NCBI GenBank assembly: GCA_964188305.1
Contig: OZ076892.1
From: Podarcis bocagei
Lineage: Eukaryota
Reading direction: 5' to 3' (one strand)
Length of the DNA stretch: 64,000 nucleotides
Part shown: positions 1-27,733 of the stretch, in pieces
Numbering within the stretch: position 1 is the stretch's first letter
How the letters are laid out: the number at the start of each line of letters is the position of its first letter
The notes under the pieces: generated by a model
What the model was told of the DNA's origin: nothing
Database searches by the model: none
The model's input: the letters and a program-made list of their open reading frames with translations, nothing else
Program-made: the position numbers and the translations under genes

Positions 1-143
1 GGCCAGTCCTCCTGCTCTGCAGCAGCCGCTGCTCTCGTCAGCTCCCCTGGCCATGGTGCAAGTGGGGGGATTTCTGGAGTCACAGCGCTCTGCCCAGCGT
101 TCCTTCGGCCAACCAGGTGGGGTGAGGAGGGTGGGGCCAGAGC

Positions 144-16114
<15,971 letters not shown>

Positions 16115-17026
16115 TTAAGTCTTTAAAACAGTACCCCATGAGAAACCGTAGAGAGAGGCTGGTAGGGTCTCCAAGCTGGCATTGGTAATACTGACAGAAC
16201 TCTCTATGGTTCAATCCACGGTGTTTATCCCAAGTCAGCCATCTCTGCCACAGCTGGGACTCCAGAATACTTCAGCCTCAAAAAGTCTGTCTTCCCTGCC
16301 AAGTGGCTTAAGATATCTGTAGTAAGGAAAGAGATATGGCTCTGTTGCCAAGGTATATAATGATGTATTCGCTGCAGCTCTGTCTCCACTACTGCATGGT
16401 GGAATAGTGGCAGACTAAGGCTGGTGATAAACTGACTGCATGTGCTCTTTACAACACACACAGCTCACCTCTCATGGCAAACCCAAGAAACTGTTTCTTT
16501 CTTCCTGTGGCTGGTCCCTAATCACCAGGAATTTCTGCCTAAATTTGCATACCAGCACAGATAGGAGCCTCCTCCCTCCTTCTGCCATCCCCAAATAAGG
16601 CAAAAGTCCTAGATTAATCAGCGACCCTACACAACCTTCCTGAGCCTTGGATTAAGCCCTGCTTGTGAAAACAAACCTGAGATTGAAGCAAACAATATTA
16701 TGCAGCCATAAAAGCATCTGAATCTGCCGGCCCCAAGGTGAAGGCTTATTTACAGGATCTAGCAAACCACAGGAACACCTCTCTCAAACCCAAATATTCT
16801 ACTTCACTCTGGATTTGCTTTTCAACTAAAGGAAACTCCCATTATATTTCAAAGCAGCCTTTGGCCCCAATACATGGGTCACTCTCTGCTACCCTGGTCT
16901 GTTTATCTGCCAAACAAACTGAAATAAATTATCCACAAGTCAGGAGGAAAAAGTATTATTTTCAAGGCCCAGCATACACTACTGCATAATACTAATATGT
17001 ACATTAATGGTCATTCTGATATTGTA

Positions 17027-17255
17027 CAGTTGTACCTTGGTTCTCAAATGCCTTGTGACTTTGGCTCCCGAACACGCAAATACAGAAGTGTTCCAATTTA
17101 CAAACTTTTTTGGAAGCCAAACATCCAATGCGACTTATGCGGCTTCCAACTGAGTGCAGGAAGCTCCTGCAGCCAATCAGAAGCCGTGCCTCAGTTTTTG
17201 AACGTTTTTGGAAGTCAAACGGAACGGATTCTGTTCGAAAACCAAGGTACAACTG
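17027..17255. mobile_element. Tc1/Mariner (Tigger-like) MITE
   Basis: TIR CAGTTGTACCTTGGTT / AACCAAGGTACAACTG flanked by TA TSDs. Confidence 0.88.
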
Positions 17256-18650
17256 TATCGTTCTTTGGAATTTAAAATGCATGTGTCTGTAAATACATCT
17301 CATACAAAGTAAATCATATCCAAGTTTACTGTTACCATGATGTAATAATACTTACAGAGTGGACACATTTTTAGACCAGTCAAACATGCAAACCTAAGTT
17401 TCAATTAGCACAGCTAAACATGAGCAAGCAAGTGTCATTAACATTGTGAAGACAATTTTCATGCCGACGTGACATTTTACTCCTGAGGACCTGATGGAGA
17501 CAATCAGGGTTTCATTCAAGTCCTTTTCGTCCAGACAGCTCTGCCCCTTTCAGGCTCTTCATTATGGCTGTTTCTCAGGCTTTTTCAAAGCAAGGACAGC
17601 GGAGCCTGAGTGGGACAGTTCCAGAAGGGTGGGACATCCCCTCCCCCACTTTCCCAGTACAGCCTTAAGCAGACTACTTCCAGTATACTCCCAGCCCAGT
17701 GGTTGCCTAAAAACTGAACCCAGCACTCAATGGACACCAGCACTGCTGCTGCTTCTCACATGTGACCGAACCCAGAGCTGATTCCAAATGCACTTGCAGG
17801 CCCAACAGGTAGCCACTGAGCCCAAACGATGAAACCCAGGAAAAGTCTAAGCTGTTATTTAAAACCGTGGGAAGAAGCTAGGTAGCCCAACTCAAGGCCT
17901 CTTCTAAAGGCGCTTCATCAGTACAAGTCACATTACAGTGGGCTGTGGCTCTCTTTTAGTTGAGCATTCAAACTGTGACTACACCAATCCATTCAGAGAC
18001 TTCATTTGTTAAGGGTTGTGCAATAAATAACAGACAGAAATTCTAAATTACGCAGCTCTAGACTGAGCACTCAGCATCTGTAGATGCCTACATTTTTGAC
18101 TGATGCATTTCATAAAAACTACAAAATGTGGTTAGATGTTCAACAAGCTACAGAAACCACTGCAAGTTCTCTCTTATTGCTTGTGAAATCCACTTGTGCC
18201 AGCCCATTCGTTTCCCAAGCTGATTTTGTAAGGGCCTCCTCACATCCACCTTCAAAAGAAGGTGGCTGTCAAGTAGGAGAAACAAAAGAAGGACACATGC
18301 CTTTCAGGTCATGCTGCTGCTGCTAGCTACAGAGCTGGAAGGGGACCTCACAAATCATCCTAGTACAACCTCTTGCAGATGGATGGAGGAGACCTATTAC
18401 TACACACACCAGCCCCAGAAGGTTTTAAAGCAGAAGCTGGATGGCCACCATCTTCCAAGGTATTCTGAACTGCCTCTCTTTGGTAGGCTGAACAGTCCTA
18501 CCTGTCAAGGAAACTGTAGTCAGCAGGTGGGTGAAAGACATGGTCTCTGATGAACCTTTCACTTATGAAGACAGCCCTGTATCGGGAAGTTTTTAATGCT
18601 TGACATCTTATGTTTTTATATGCGCTGGAAACCCAGCTGGATGGATGGGG

Positions 18651-18651
<1 letters not shown>

Positions 18652-18702
<51 letters not shown>
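18652..18702. repeat. (ATT)n microsatellite, retroposon tail
   Basis: About 16 units following a LINE/SINE-like 3' end. Confidence 0.95.
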
Positions 18703-21700
18703 TGAAAACTTCAGCATTAATTTTTTTCCTTTAACATTGATTTCCCACTTTTCCATCCCAAAACAAAATGTTCAAACCACTGAAACACCATCATAAATCC
18801 TAATATTGCAGCAGCAATATAAAAATCCAAGGCACACACAGAGGAAAAACATCTGAAAAATGCATGGCTCAAGCCATACTGTTCTGACCTGTTGCCTGAA
18901 GAGAAAAAGGAGGCCATCGGCTGAGTCCATGGAGAAGAGTCTCATAACCAAGGGGCCTCCACCATCACCAAGAAAGCCTAACCGCATATGTCCACATGCC
19001 ATAGGTGGAGCCCAGAGCAGGGCTTCCCTTCAGCAGCATCTGCAGCAAGCAGGCAGTCACCTACAGATGAACTGATTCCATGGAGTTCCAAACCATCCAG
19101 GTAGGGACTGACTCTAGGTCAAGTTTTCTTGAACTCTACTAATGTGCTCTCAAGCCCATTCTTGGGATCAAATGGCTGTTTTCATTCCTGCTAGCAGAAA
19201 TAGTTCCCCTATCCCGGTCCTGTTTACTGGGTGATTTTACATTTATCCAACCAACCTCATTCTATTAACTATATTTCTGGACTTTGCTTCCAAATCAACA
19301 TGCAAAAATGATTCCCCTTCTTCAAAAGCCTCCCTTTCTGCTACTGAGAACAAACATGCTTCCCAAGACACTCCTCTAACACTGCCCCCCGCAACACAAT
19401 ATGAAGTTGACAAGAAGTCTGCAGCCTCCCTTCACAGATGGGTCCATGTGCTGGTTGAAAGCAGAGGACTCTGTTCAGGCAGAGAGATCTCATCAGAGCT
19501 CTCTATAGCCACCAGTCTCCAAACTGGAGGCTTCTCATTAAGGGAATATTTACGGTTATATATTCTTTCATTCCACAATTTACATTTGCCACCAACATAG
19601 CGACATAGTAAATTGCCTTCTGTTTGTGTCAGACCACTGGTCCATCAAGCTCAGAACAGTCAACACTGACTAGCAGTTGTTCTCCAGGCTTTCAGGTAGG
19701 GGGTCTCTCCCAGCCCTACCTGGAGATTGACCCTGGCACCTTCTACTTGCCAAGCTGGTGCTCCACTACTGAGCCGAATTCCTTCCCCATGCCATTATTC
19801 ATTCATGCATGTTATTAGATGATTTATGTCCCTCCACAGAGTATCCAAGGTGGTTTATGGAAAATAAACCACAGCACAAACTGCAGGTGTTGCAGGATAA
19901 TGGAGACTGACCAGACTTCCAGGGCTGATCTTCTGGCAACAGAGAAGCAGAATTATTTCCCTTTCCCCAAGTGCTAACCAGGGTAGACCCATGCCTGGTA
20001 GAGAGTCTTGTTCCATCTTGTGCCTTCCAACCTTACTGCCAAATCTGTGTGGATTCCTTAGGAAAGGAAGCTGTTGCCATAATTACACAGGAGGATCCTG
20101 GTGGATCAGAGCAAGCACACAACCCACAGTGAGCCAGCTCCTTCCATGTTTCATGAGCCAGCTTGAGTCTCCATCCAAAGCTCCCAGTTAAGAAGGAGGC
20201 TCTCAGGCTGCTTCTAAGTTCCAAAAGTACTCATGATCTAACTTCTACTAAGACGCTTTGGAAGAGCTTCTTAGTGAATCACAACCTTCCAGAGTAGCCA
20301 ACATACCACAAGTGCCTTTATTAAGTCTATGACATTTTAAAAATAATCTCTGGTAAACAGATGTTTAGTAAGAAATGCTCTGATAGCTATCTGTCTAACG
20401 TGGCATTCACTCACCAGGATGGAATTTCTGGTTGCCTATGACTACCAGGTGAGTTGTTACATGCAAGGCTGTCCTAAAGCTCATCTTGCTATACTAAAGT
20501 TGACCCCACCTCTCTTCAGGTACTCCAAGGTATGAGTCACAAGATAAACCAAATATAAGAACTGTTTCAAAGTAGCAACACTCTTAACGGAACTTTCACA
20601 ATGAGGGTGGGCCCTGATACATAGCAGGATGAAGCAGCGCACTTCAGGCAGCATAATGGGAGTGGCCAAAGCTAGAGGGAGACTGTACTGCTGTTTGAAT
20701 GGTACAGGGTTAGCCCTACAGAACAGAAATTTGAGATCTACCTCAGGCAGCAAGAGGTCTCAAGACAGCACTGTTCAGATTTCAAACAGTTTCTGATTGC
20801 AGGTCCCAAAAAAACTCTCAGAAGATGCCCAAGCTGAAGAAACAATAAAAAACAGGTCTTTGGTTCAAAAACACCTGCAACTACTCCTAAAATCCAACTC
20901 TGCCATAAGATGGTCAACATGCAAGCCAACACACAAAGTAAAGTTTATTAACTATGTTTGGGAGGAGAGACACAGAACGCAATTCACCGCCTCAATGCAG
21001 GTACACCCTGAATTACCAGCCAGACTGTTAACAAAAACAGTGACAGTGCAACCATACAGCTGGAAAGAAAGTGTACTACAAATACAAAAACATCCAGAAT
21101 AAGCTCACAGCAGTGTTAGAAACTATGATATGTAAGTTAGGTGCCAAAGGGCTCCTTAAACCAAGGCTACAGTCACCAAAACAGAATATCTAGTTGCCAT
21201 TTGAGGGTAAGATGGCTCTAAAATCTTATTTTTCAAATGATGGACTAATTGTGATTATCAGTGAAACACCTGGCTAGTTCAGATGACTACCTTGAACTAC
21301 CGGTAGGTTAAGAACTTTGAGATCTTAAAGAAGAAAAGTCACTTGATGCAGGGACAGTCCACATACATATTGGCCTATTCCTACATCTTTTTCTAAATGG
21401 TGACACTGACCATTCATAACATAGGAATGTTCTTCACAACTGTGACAAGGTCAGTGGGGTGGGGTAAGTGAAGACAAACTACAATAATTAACTAACGTTG
21501 CTCCTGCTTAGGCTGCACAGAAAAAGCATTTTGGTTCCTGAAATTCATTCTGATTGTGCAGATAAAATATCTCATGGTTGCGAGTGGTCAATCGTCTGCA
21601 CCTGGCTAATTTTGGACACTTGCCCATAGCCAACAGAAATTCAACAAAGATAAAGACCACTGTATTCAGACAAAAGACAAGCATACTCCATCTGCAATAC

Positions 21701-22699
21701 TATTTAAAAGCAAATCTTCTATCTCATGATATATCTTTGAACTACACCAAACTTAGTCAATGTAACAATTCTGCCCAAATGTCACAATTTATTTCAAGAG
21801 ACACAGAGGATTTTCAGCATACACTAGTTAGACATTTTATAAAAGAGAGGCCCTCTGTCAGACAGGTTCTGTTAATCATTAGTTATAAGGTAGCACCATC
21901 ATTCCACATGATGCTTTGCAGAGAATCACATCAATATGAGCTTACAGTTTCTAAATTTTAAATGGCAGATGAAGGAGAAATGTGAGCAAATACTCCATGT
22001 TGCAACAATGAAGGTGAAACCAAAGGCATTAAACAACAGGCTTCAAAGTGAAAATGTGTTTTGAGGAAGTGTTTGAAGAGAAGAGAAAGAGATTGTCACA
22101 AAGGGTTTCTTGCAAGGAGTTCCAGTCTAGGGGACAGAAAACTGGGCAATCAAGCTGCAGCAACTAAGGATATGGGCAGAACTATCCATATTAAAATAAA
22201 GTTAAGTTTCAGAAGGTCTGCAGATGTTGAGTAACCCTCTTCCAACTGTTACTCATCTACAAGAGTACTGCTAGATAACTCCTTCACAATCATTAACCTC
22301 AGTAGGAAAGCAGCTTATCTCATTTGTAAGACCCTTATAAATTCTTACAATCAAATGGAATAAAACTTTCGCTAAATAAAAATAAACAAATATTTCCCTC
22401 TCGACAGGAGGGCAAGAAAAGGAACTGCAATGGCTTCTTCAGGTCAAGTTGACAGGTGAGCCAGCTGGCTGGACTGCCCTCTCACTTCCCCGCACCCACC
22501 CCTGGTCTTGGCCTTTCCTTTCCCCAGCGCTCACTGAACAGCCATTCTTTGCAAAGCGTCGGAATCCACATCCAACAGCCTTGAGCCTTTTCCTAGTGTC
22601 GACCCTGCCGTAATCGGAAGTGACTCTCAGTCTCTTTCCCCGACGAGGTGTTCCTAAGCCCCTTGCTCACAAGGCCTGTCAAGGGGCGAGTCGAGTCTG

Positions 22700-24270
22700 T
22701 TTTCTTCAGACCTCGGATAGGAGCCGATCCGATCGTCGGAGGCCCGGGCGAGCTGTACAGGGTGAACCGGAGAAGACTCTCCTCGTCTATAACATAAGAG
22801 GCCACAGGCACTTCCGCCGACAGCAGAGACAGAACTGGCCGGGCGAGGAGAAAAACGCCTCGAATAGCGGGAGGGAAGTCATGGGCTAAGGAGCGCCGCC
22901 TAGGCTGGCCTTTGCTCGGGACGCGGCGGCGCGGAGAAGGGAAGCGGACGAAGGAACAGCCACCTCTTGCCCGGGAGGGCGAAGGGCTGCTCCGGCAGGG
23001 GCAGCTGCCCCGCCAGGCCTCACGAGCCAGCTGGCGAGTCAGACGGCAGCAACCCTCAAGGAACACGGTAGCGCGCTGCCTTCTTGCGCTAGGAAGCGGC
23101 GCCTCTCCCCTTAGCCAGCCGACCCACCCACCGACCGGAAAGCGCCCGGGCCCTCGGCGGCCAAGGCTCAGTCCGTCCCGGGAGGCGGGGCGGGCGGCGG
23201 CGGCTGGGCTTTGCCCCGGGCGGCGGCGGCGGGCCCAGGATCCTACCGCCGAAGTAAAAGCAGCAGCAGCAACACCTACCCTGCCTGGCAGCGCCCCTCC
23301 TCTCTCCCCGCGCGGCACTCACCGGGCCGGATCCCTATGGCGAAGGCGGCGGCGGCAGTAGCTAGAGCCTGGCATCCAAAATGGCGGCGGCGCGGCCTCA
23401 GCACCGATACCGCAGGCGGAGGAATCTGGAGACCGGGACTCACTGACTGCCCTCTCTCAGAGCTCGGCGCGGCGATAGCCTGCTGCATCCATTAACGTTG
23501 CTGCGTCCTCCGTCGCCGCCGGCCGGCGCGTTTCGTGGCCAGACAGAATGCTCGGCGCTTGGAACCGCGGTAACTGGCCCCAGAACTCGTTTCCTCCGCG
23601 GAAGTATCTGTAGCGGTGTCACACGATTAGCGGTGAGACTGCGCCGTGGCAGGTAGTGATGACGTCAGACGCCTGCCTAGTCACCGCTGCGGCTGTGCTC
23701 ACGACATGCGTCCGGCCGGGTCGTATTAGCGAACTTTAAAGTTCCGTTCTGGATACGAAACTTGCCCACAGCCCAAGAAGCGAAGCGCCTGCCCGTCCTT
23801 CGAGAAAAAACCAGCTGTCAGGGCGACTGAAGCGTCTTCGCCAATTGCGAATTGCCGGGGGCTAGCCTGACAGTAGCGGGGCCAAGTCCGTACAGAGCAC
23901 GTGCTTTCCCAGCAAGCTCAATCTTAAGCAAGTTTACTCGGAAATATATCCCAGTGCTTTGGACATACACAGGACTGCAGGCTTTGCACGGAGCTCCAGG
24001 GTCCCGTTTCTGAGGCCGCAGAGAGACGAAGAAGCTTGCTGGCAAGCACCTTGTTTGAACGTGGAGAGCCTCCCGGCTCAACCTCCGATACATCCATTTC
24101 AGCTCTGGCCTCTCTTAGGGCTCTACAGTTCCGCGGCTAGTATTAAGGTTTGGGGGCTAGAAAGCCTCGCCACGGAATATATATTGGTCACTTCAATCGT
24201 TATCTCTGATAGTCAACGTCGGCGGCTTTTTGTACTGCTTCCGCATTCCATTAGGGCATCTGGCTAATCG
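22700..24270. promoter_or_regulatory. CpG island / AP1G1 promoter
   Basis: High CpG density, YY1 motif CAAAATGGCGGC at 23377-23388, full CRE TGACGTCA at 23660-23667. Confidence 0.8.
23323..23420 (-). other. AP1G1: AP1G1 non-coding exon 1 (5' end approximate)
   Basis: Donor CCCG|gtgagt at 23323/23322 inside a CpG island. Exon 2 begins tcag|AGGATG at 16054. Confidence 0.7.
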
Positions 24271-25239
24271 CTGGGAAACAGATGGGGATACTGTAGGAAG
24301 CTGTCTTAAATTGAGTCAGTCTCTTGGTCCACCTAGCTCAGTATTGCTTACACTGGTGGTCAACAGTTTTTCACAGTTTTAGGCAGGATTCCTCACTCTG
24401 GCCTACCTGAAAGTGCCTGCCAGGAGTTTGTCTGGTCCTGTCTGCAAGCAAAAGCACGTGCAGCCCTTCCCTTCCCTCCTCCACTTAGTTTGATCTAACG
24501 GACAAGCAGAGCTTTTCCTAGGATCTCGCCAGACAGCGGCTTTTTCTTTTAGTTGCAAATCGATGGGCGACAGAAGCCCCACTGAGAGCATTCCTCTCTT
24601 TCTCACAGACACAAAGGAAAAATAATTAAACAACTCAACATCGAGTGACAGCTCTATCCCATCCCATCTACCTAGCACCAGCAAGCTGTTCCTGTCCTGG
24701 CCAGTATAAGGCCAAGGCCACTTTTATGCTTGAAGGTTGGAAAGTGCTTCGAGAATTGTTGCCCTTGTAAAAGGAACTCGCGCCGTGCAGAGGCTGTGAC
24801 TGAAGCGGCCTGGCTCTTTGCGGTTTTGGAAACACTTACTGGCTGCCTACCCACACAGAGACCGGTTCCTTGCCAGGATAGCGTGAGGCTCCTATTAAAG
24901 GTCTCTCCTCTCTGCTTCCCCTTCCTTGATTTGCTTAGCGTGAATTTGACTGCGGCCATAATTTACGCATCTTCTCGGTTTAAGGCCTAGAATAGCCAGC
25001 CGAGAAGCAGCGCTAGCTTACTCGTTCCTTTCCAATCCCAGTTTGATACCAGCAAGCCCCGTGGGGACGCTTCGGTTTTCCTGCCGCAAAGGCACGAGGC
25101 TGGCGGCTTCATCATCTTAATAAAGACGCACACCACACAGTGGAGAGACCGCTTCAAGTGCACAAGCATCGCTTATTATTTCTCAAGCCAGACCTCAGCA
25201 GTCCTTACGACAACCCTACAGGTAGGCCAGTTATGGCTC

Positions 25240-25900
25240 GACTGAGTAGAGCTCGGGGGGATGCCAGGGCGCGACGTCACGTGCAGAGGGGAAGGGCAGG
25301 TGCGTTTGTCGCTATAGCGATGCCGCCGCCGCCGCTTCCTCGGCTGTCGTTATGGCAACCGCAGGCGGCGATCACGTCATCGCTGTGCGCTGTGCGCGCG
25401 CCGTCCTAACGTCATGAGCCTCGGCAGTTCCGGCGCGCCGTGCAAGGCGGCGGCAGCGGCGGCGGCGGAGAAGAAAGAGGGCGGGGTCAGGCCCGGGGTG
25501 GCTGCGGAGTCGGCGGGCAGAGGGATGGCAGTCAGCCGTGGAGGCGGCGGCGGTGGCGGCGGGTGAGCGACAGGAGTGTCCGGGGCTCCCTTCCCCCCGC
25601 CGGGCGGAAGCCGCCCGCCTGCCCCCCCCCCCCGGCTGACCCCTGTGCTCTTCTCTGTGTCTTTGCAGGTGATCCCGCCCGGAGACCCCCTTGAGGAGGA
25701 GGAGGCGACAGCAGCAGCCCACCTTGCAGCTTCCCGAAGCGAGCGCCATGAGAGCGGCTCAGGAGCGGGGCCAGGAATTCCTCCCCCCCAAGAAGCGCGA
25801 CCTGCCGGTGGCTGCCAACAACGAAGAGCCGGGGCGGGCGGCTGAGTCGGGTCTGGTGGGTGGCGGCGGCGGCGAGACCTCTGTGGAATGGTCCCGGGGC
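25240..25900 (+). promoter_or_regulatory. CpG island / ATXN1L promoter and non-coding exon 1
   Basis: CRE/E-box GACGTCACGTG at about 25274-25284 and RFX X-box-like GTCGCTATAGCGAT (25308) and GTCGTTATGGCAAC (25346). Donor GG|gtgagc at 25562; acceptor tttgcag|G at 25669. Confidence 0.75.
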
Positions 25901-27733
25901 TCAGCAACAGGCAGGCAGAGCCAGGCACCTTCACGTTACTCGGAGGCTGGTGGCAGCTCCGACACAGTGACCAGTCTTACCGTGGACCAGTACGGCTTAT
26001 TGTACAAAGTGGCGATGCCCCCGGCCACCTTCTCACCCGTGGTGAATGTCAGCCCGCTGCCTCCAGCCTTCAGTATGACCTCGCAGCTGATCCCACACCC
26101 TGGTATCCCATACTCGCCTATCCATTACACTCAACTTCCTCCTGCTCCCTTGCAGTTTGTGGGATCACACTACTCTGTACCCTATGCCGCCGCTGTGCCT
26201 CCTGGCTTCCTGCCCAGCCACCTTCTGTCCTCTTCAGCCAGCCTTGCTGCCTCTCATATCCCACACTTTGTGCCCTATGCACCTCTCCTGGCTGAAGACT
26301 CTGCTCCTTCTCCACAGGCAGCCCACAGCTTTGGCAAGACCAGTGCCTCAGTTTTGCCTTCAGGCTCTCTGCAGCCCCATGTTGGAGGTCAGCCACTGGA
26401 TGTTACACAGGGCCGAATTCCAGTCTATTATCAGATGTCCCGTCTGCCAGCAGGCTATTCATCTTTTGAAGCTTCTGTTGCTGGCCCAAACACTGAACAG
26501 TCTCTGCAGGAGAATCAGCTAGATCCTAAAGTCACAGCAAATGGGGTGCAAAGGTCTGCCGTGGGGGCGAAGGAAAGTGAGGCTGAAGGGCAGTGGCCAA
26601 GGACAACAGTAGAGTGCAGCACTGAAGGTACCTTCTTGACAAGCAGTCAGATTTTGAGAACAGAGATCTCTGTGCCATCTCAGCGGAGCACCCCAGATAC
26701 AGACCTGGAGGTGCAGAGGGTGGTTGGAGTGCTTGCTTCCCAGGACTACCCTGTTTGTTCTGCTCAGCAGAAGGATGGCTTGAGCCCTCTAAACCTTTCC
26801 CATCGTAATCCCCCTGAGCAGAAGGCAGAGTCAATGAGGAACCCAGTGGAACTTGTGGTGGCTGCTACTGCTGAGAAAAGCCACTTTCGGAGACTGTCGG
26901 CAAAGTCCCCTGAGGAGCAGCTCCGCCATCGGCAAATACTGAAAAGCATTACAATGGCCAATGGTCGGCCAGTCTCAGGGTCCCTCCTTCCTGGGGCTCA
27001 GGATGGCCTGGGAGGTGCAAGTCCTGAGGGAACAGCCCATGAGGGACTACCTGACACGGAATGTGCCCATTCCCAGAGCCACTTACCCTCCCACTTCATG
27101 AAAGGAGCCATCATCCAGCTGGCCACAGGAGAGCTAAAGAGGGTGGAGGACCTGCAGACCCAGGACTTTGTGCGCAGTGCAGAGGTGAGTGGTGGCCTCA
27201 AGATTGACTCCAGCACTGTGGTGGACATCCAAGAGAGTCCCTGGCAGGGTTTCGTCACACTGCATTTTGTGGTGGGGGAGCAGCAGAGCAAAGTGAGCAT
27301 CGATGTGCCCCCTGAGCACCCTTTCTTTGTGTATGGACAGGGCTGGTCCTCATGCAGTCCAGAGAGGACAAATCGGCTCTTCTCACTCTCCTGCCACAGG
27401 CTGCAGGTGGGAGATGTTTGCATCTCCATCAGTTTACAGAGTCTGAATGGGAGGCTTGTGCCCCAGGCAAGCCCCCAGAGTGCTACCCGAGAGAGACCTG
27501 GGCGGGGTGGGGAGAGTCTCCAGGAGCTGCAGAAAAACCCATTGGAGAAGGGTGGGGTGGCAGTGGGCTCCCCCCAGGAGTCCACCCACCATGATCCTGT
27601 TTCTCTGCATGGTTGGGCAGGCCCCAGCTTCCAAAGGTCTGGGGAGGAGCCCCGGCCACCACTCCTCCGCCCTTCATTCATTCCCCAGGAGGTCAAGTTG
27701 TCCATCGAGGGCCGTTCAAATGCAGGGAAGTGA
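25748..27733 (+). CDS. ATXN1L: Ataxin-1-like (BOAT), 661 aa, single coding exon
   Basis: True ATG (gccATG) gives MRAAQERGQEFLPPKKRDLPV, the ataxin-1 family N-terminus. AXH domain LPSHFMKGAIIQLATGELKRVEDLQTQDF...CHRLQVGDVCISISL; C-terminus SFIPQEVKLSIEGRSNAGK. The ORF-track start at 25691 is a TTG. Confidence 0.97.
   Translation: MRAAQERGQEFLPPKKRDLPVAANNEEPGRAAESGLVGGGGGETSVEWSRGSATGRQSQAPSRYSEAGGSSDTVTSLTVDQYGLLYKVAMPPATFSPVVNVSPLPPAFSMTSQLIPHPGIPYSPIHYTQLPPAPLQFVGSHYSVPYAAAVPPGFLPSHLLSSSASLAASHIPHFVPYAPLLAEDSAPSPQAAHSFGKTSASVLPSGSLQPHVGGQPLDVTQGRIPVYYQMSRLPAGYSSFEASVAGPNTEQSLQENQLDPKVTANGVQRSAVGAKESEAEGQWPRTTVECSTEGTFLTSSQILRTEISVPSQRSTPDTDLEVQRVVGVLASQDYPVCSAQQKDGLSPLNLSHRNPPEQKAESMRNPVELVVAATAEKSHFRRLSAKSPEEQLRHRQILKSITMANGRPVSGSLLPGAQDGLGGASPEGTAHEGLPDTECAHSQSHLPSHFMKGAIIQLATGELKRVEDLQTQDFVRSAEVSGGLKIDSSTVVDIQESPWQGFVTLHFVVGEQQSKVSIDVPPEHPFFVYGQGWSSCSPERTNRLFSLSCHRLQVGDVCISISLQSLNGRLVPQASPQSATRERPGRGGESLQELQKNPLEKGGVAVGSPQESTHHDPVSLHGWAGPSFQRSGEEPRPPLLRPSFIPQEVKLSIEGRSNAGK

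Noticed and set aside
22593-23500. Several long Arg/Gly/Pro/Ala-rich ORFs
   Set aside because: Stop-poor CpG island at the AP1G1 promoter; no coding signature.
25691-25747. N-terminal MRRRRRQQQ extension of ATXN1L
   Set aside because: Starts at TTG; family homology begins at the ATG at 25748; not a polyQ tract.
26998-27705. 235-aa minus-strand ORF
   Set aside because: Antisense mirror of the ATXN1L AXH-coding region.
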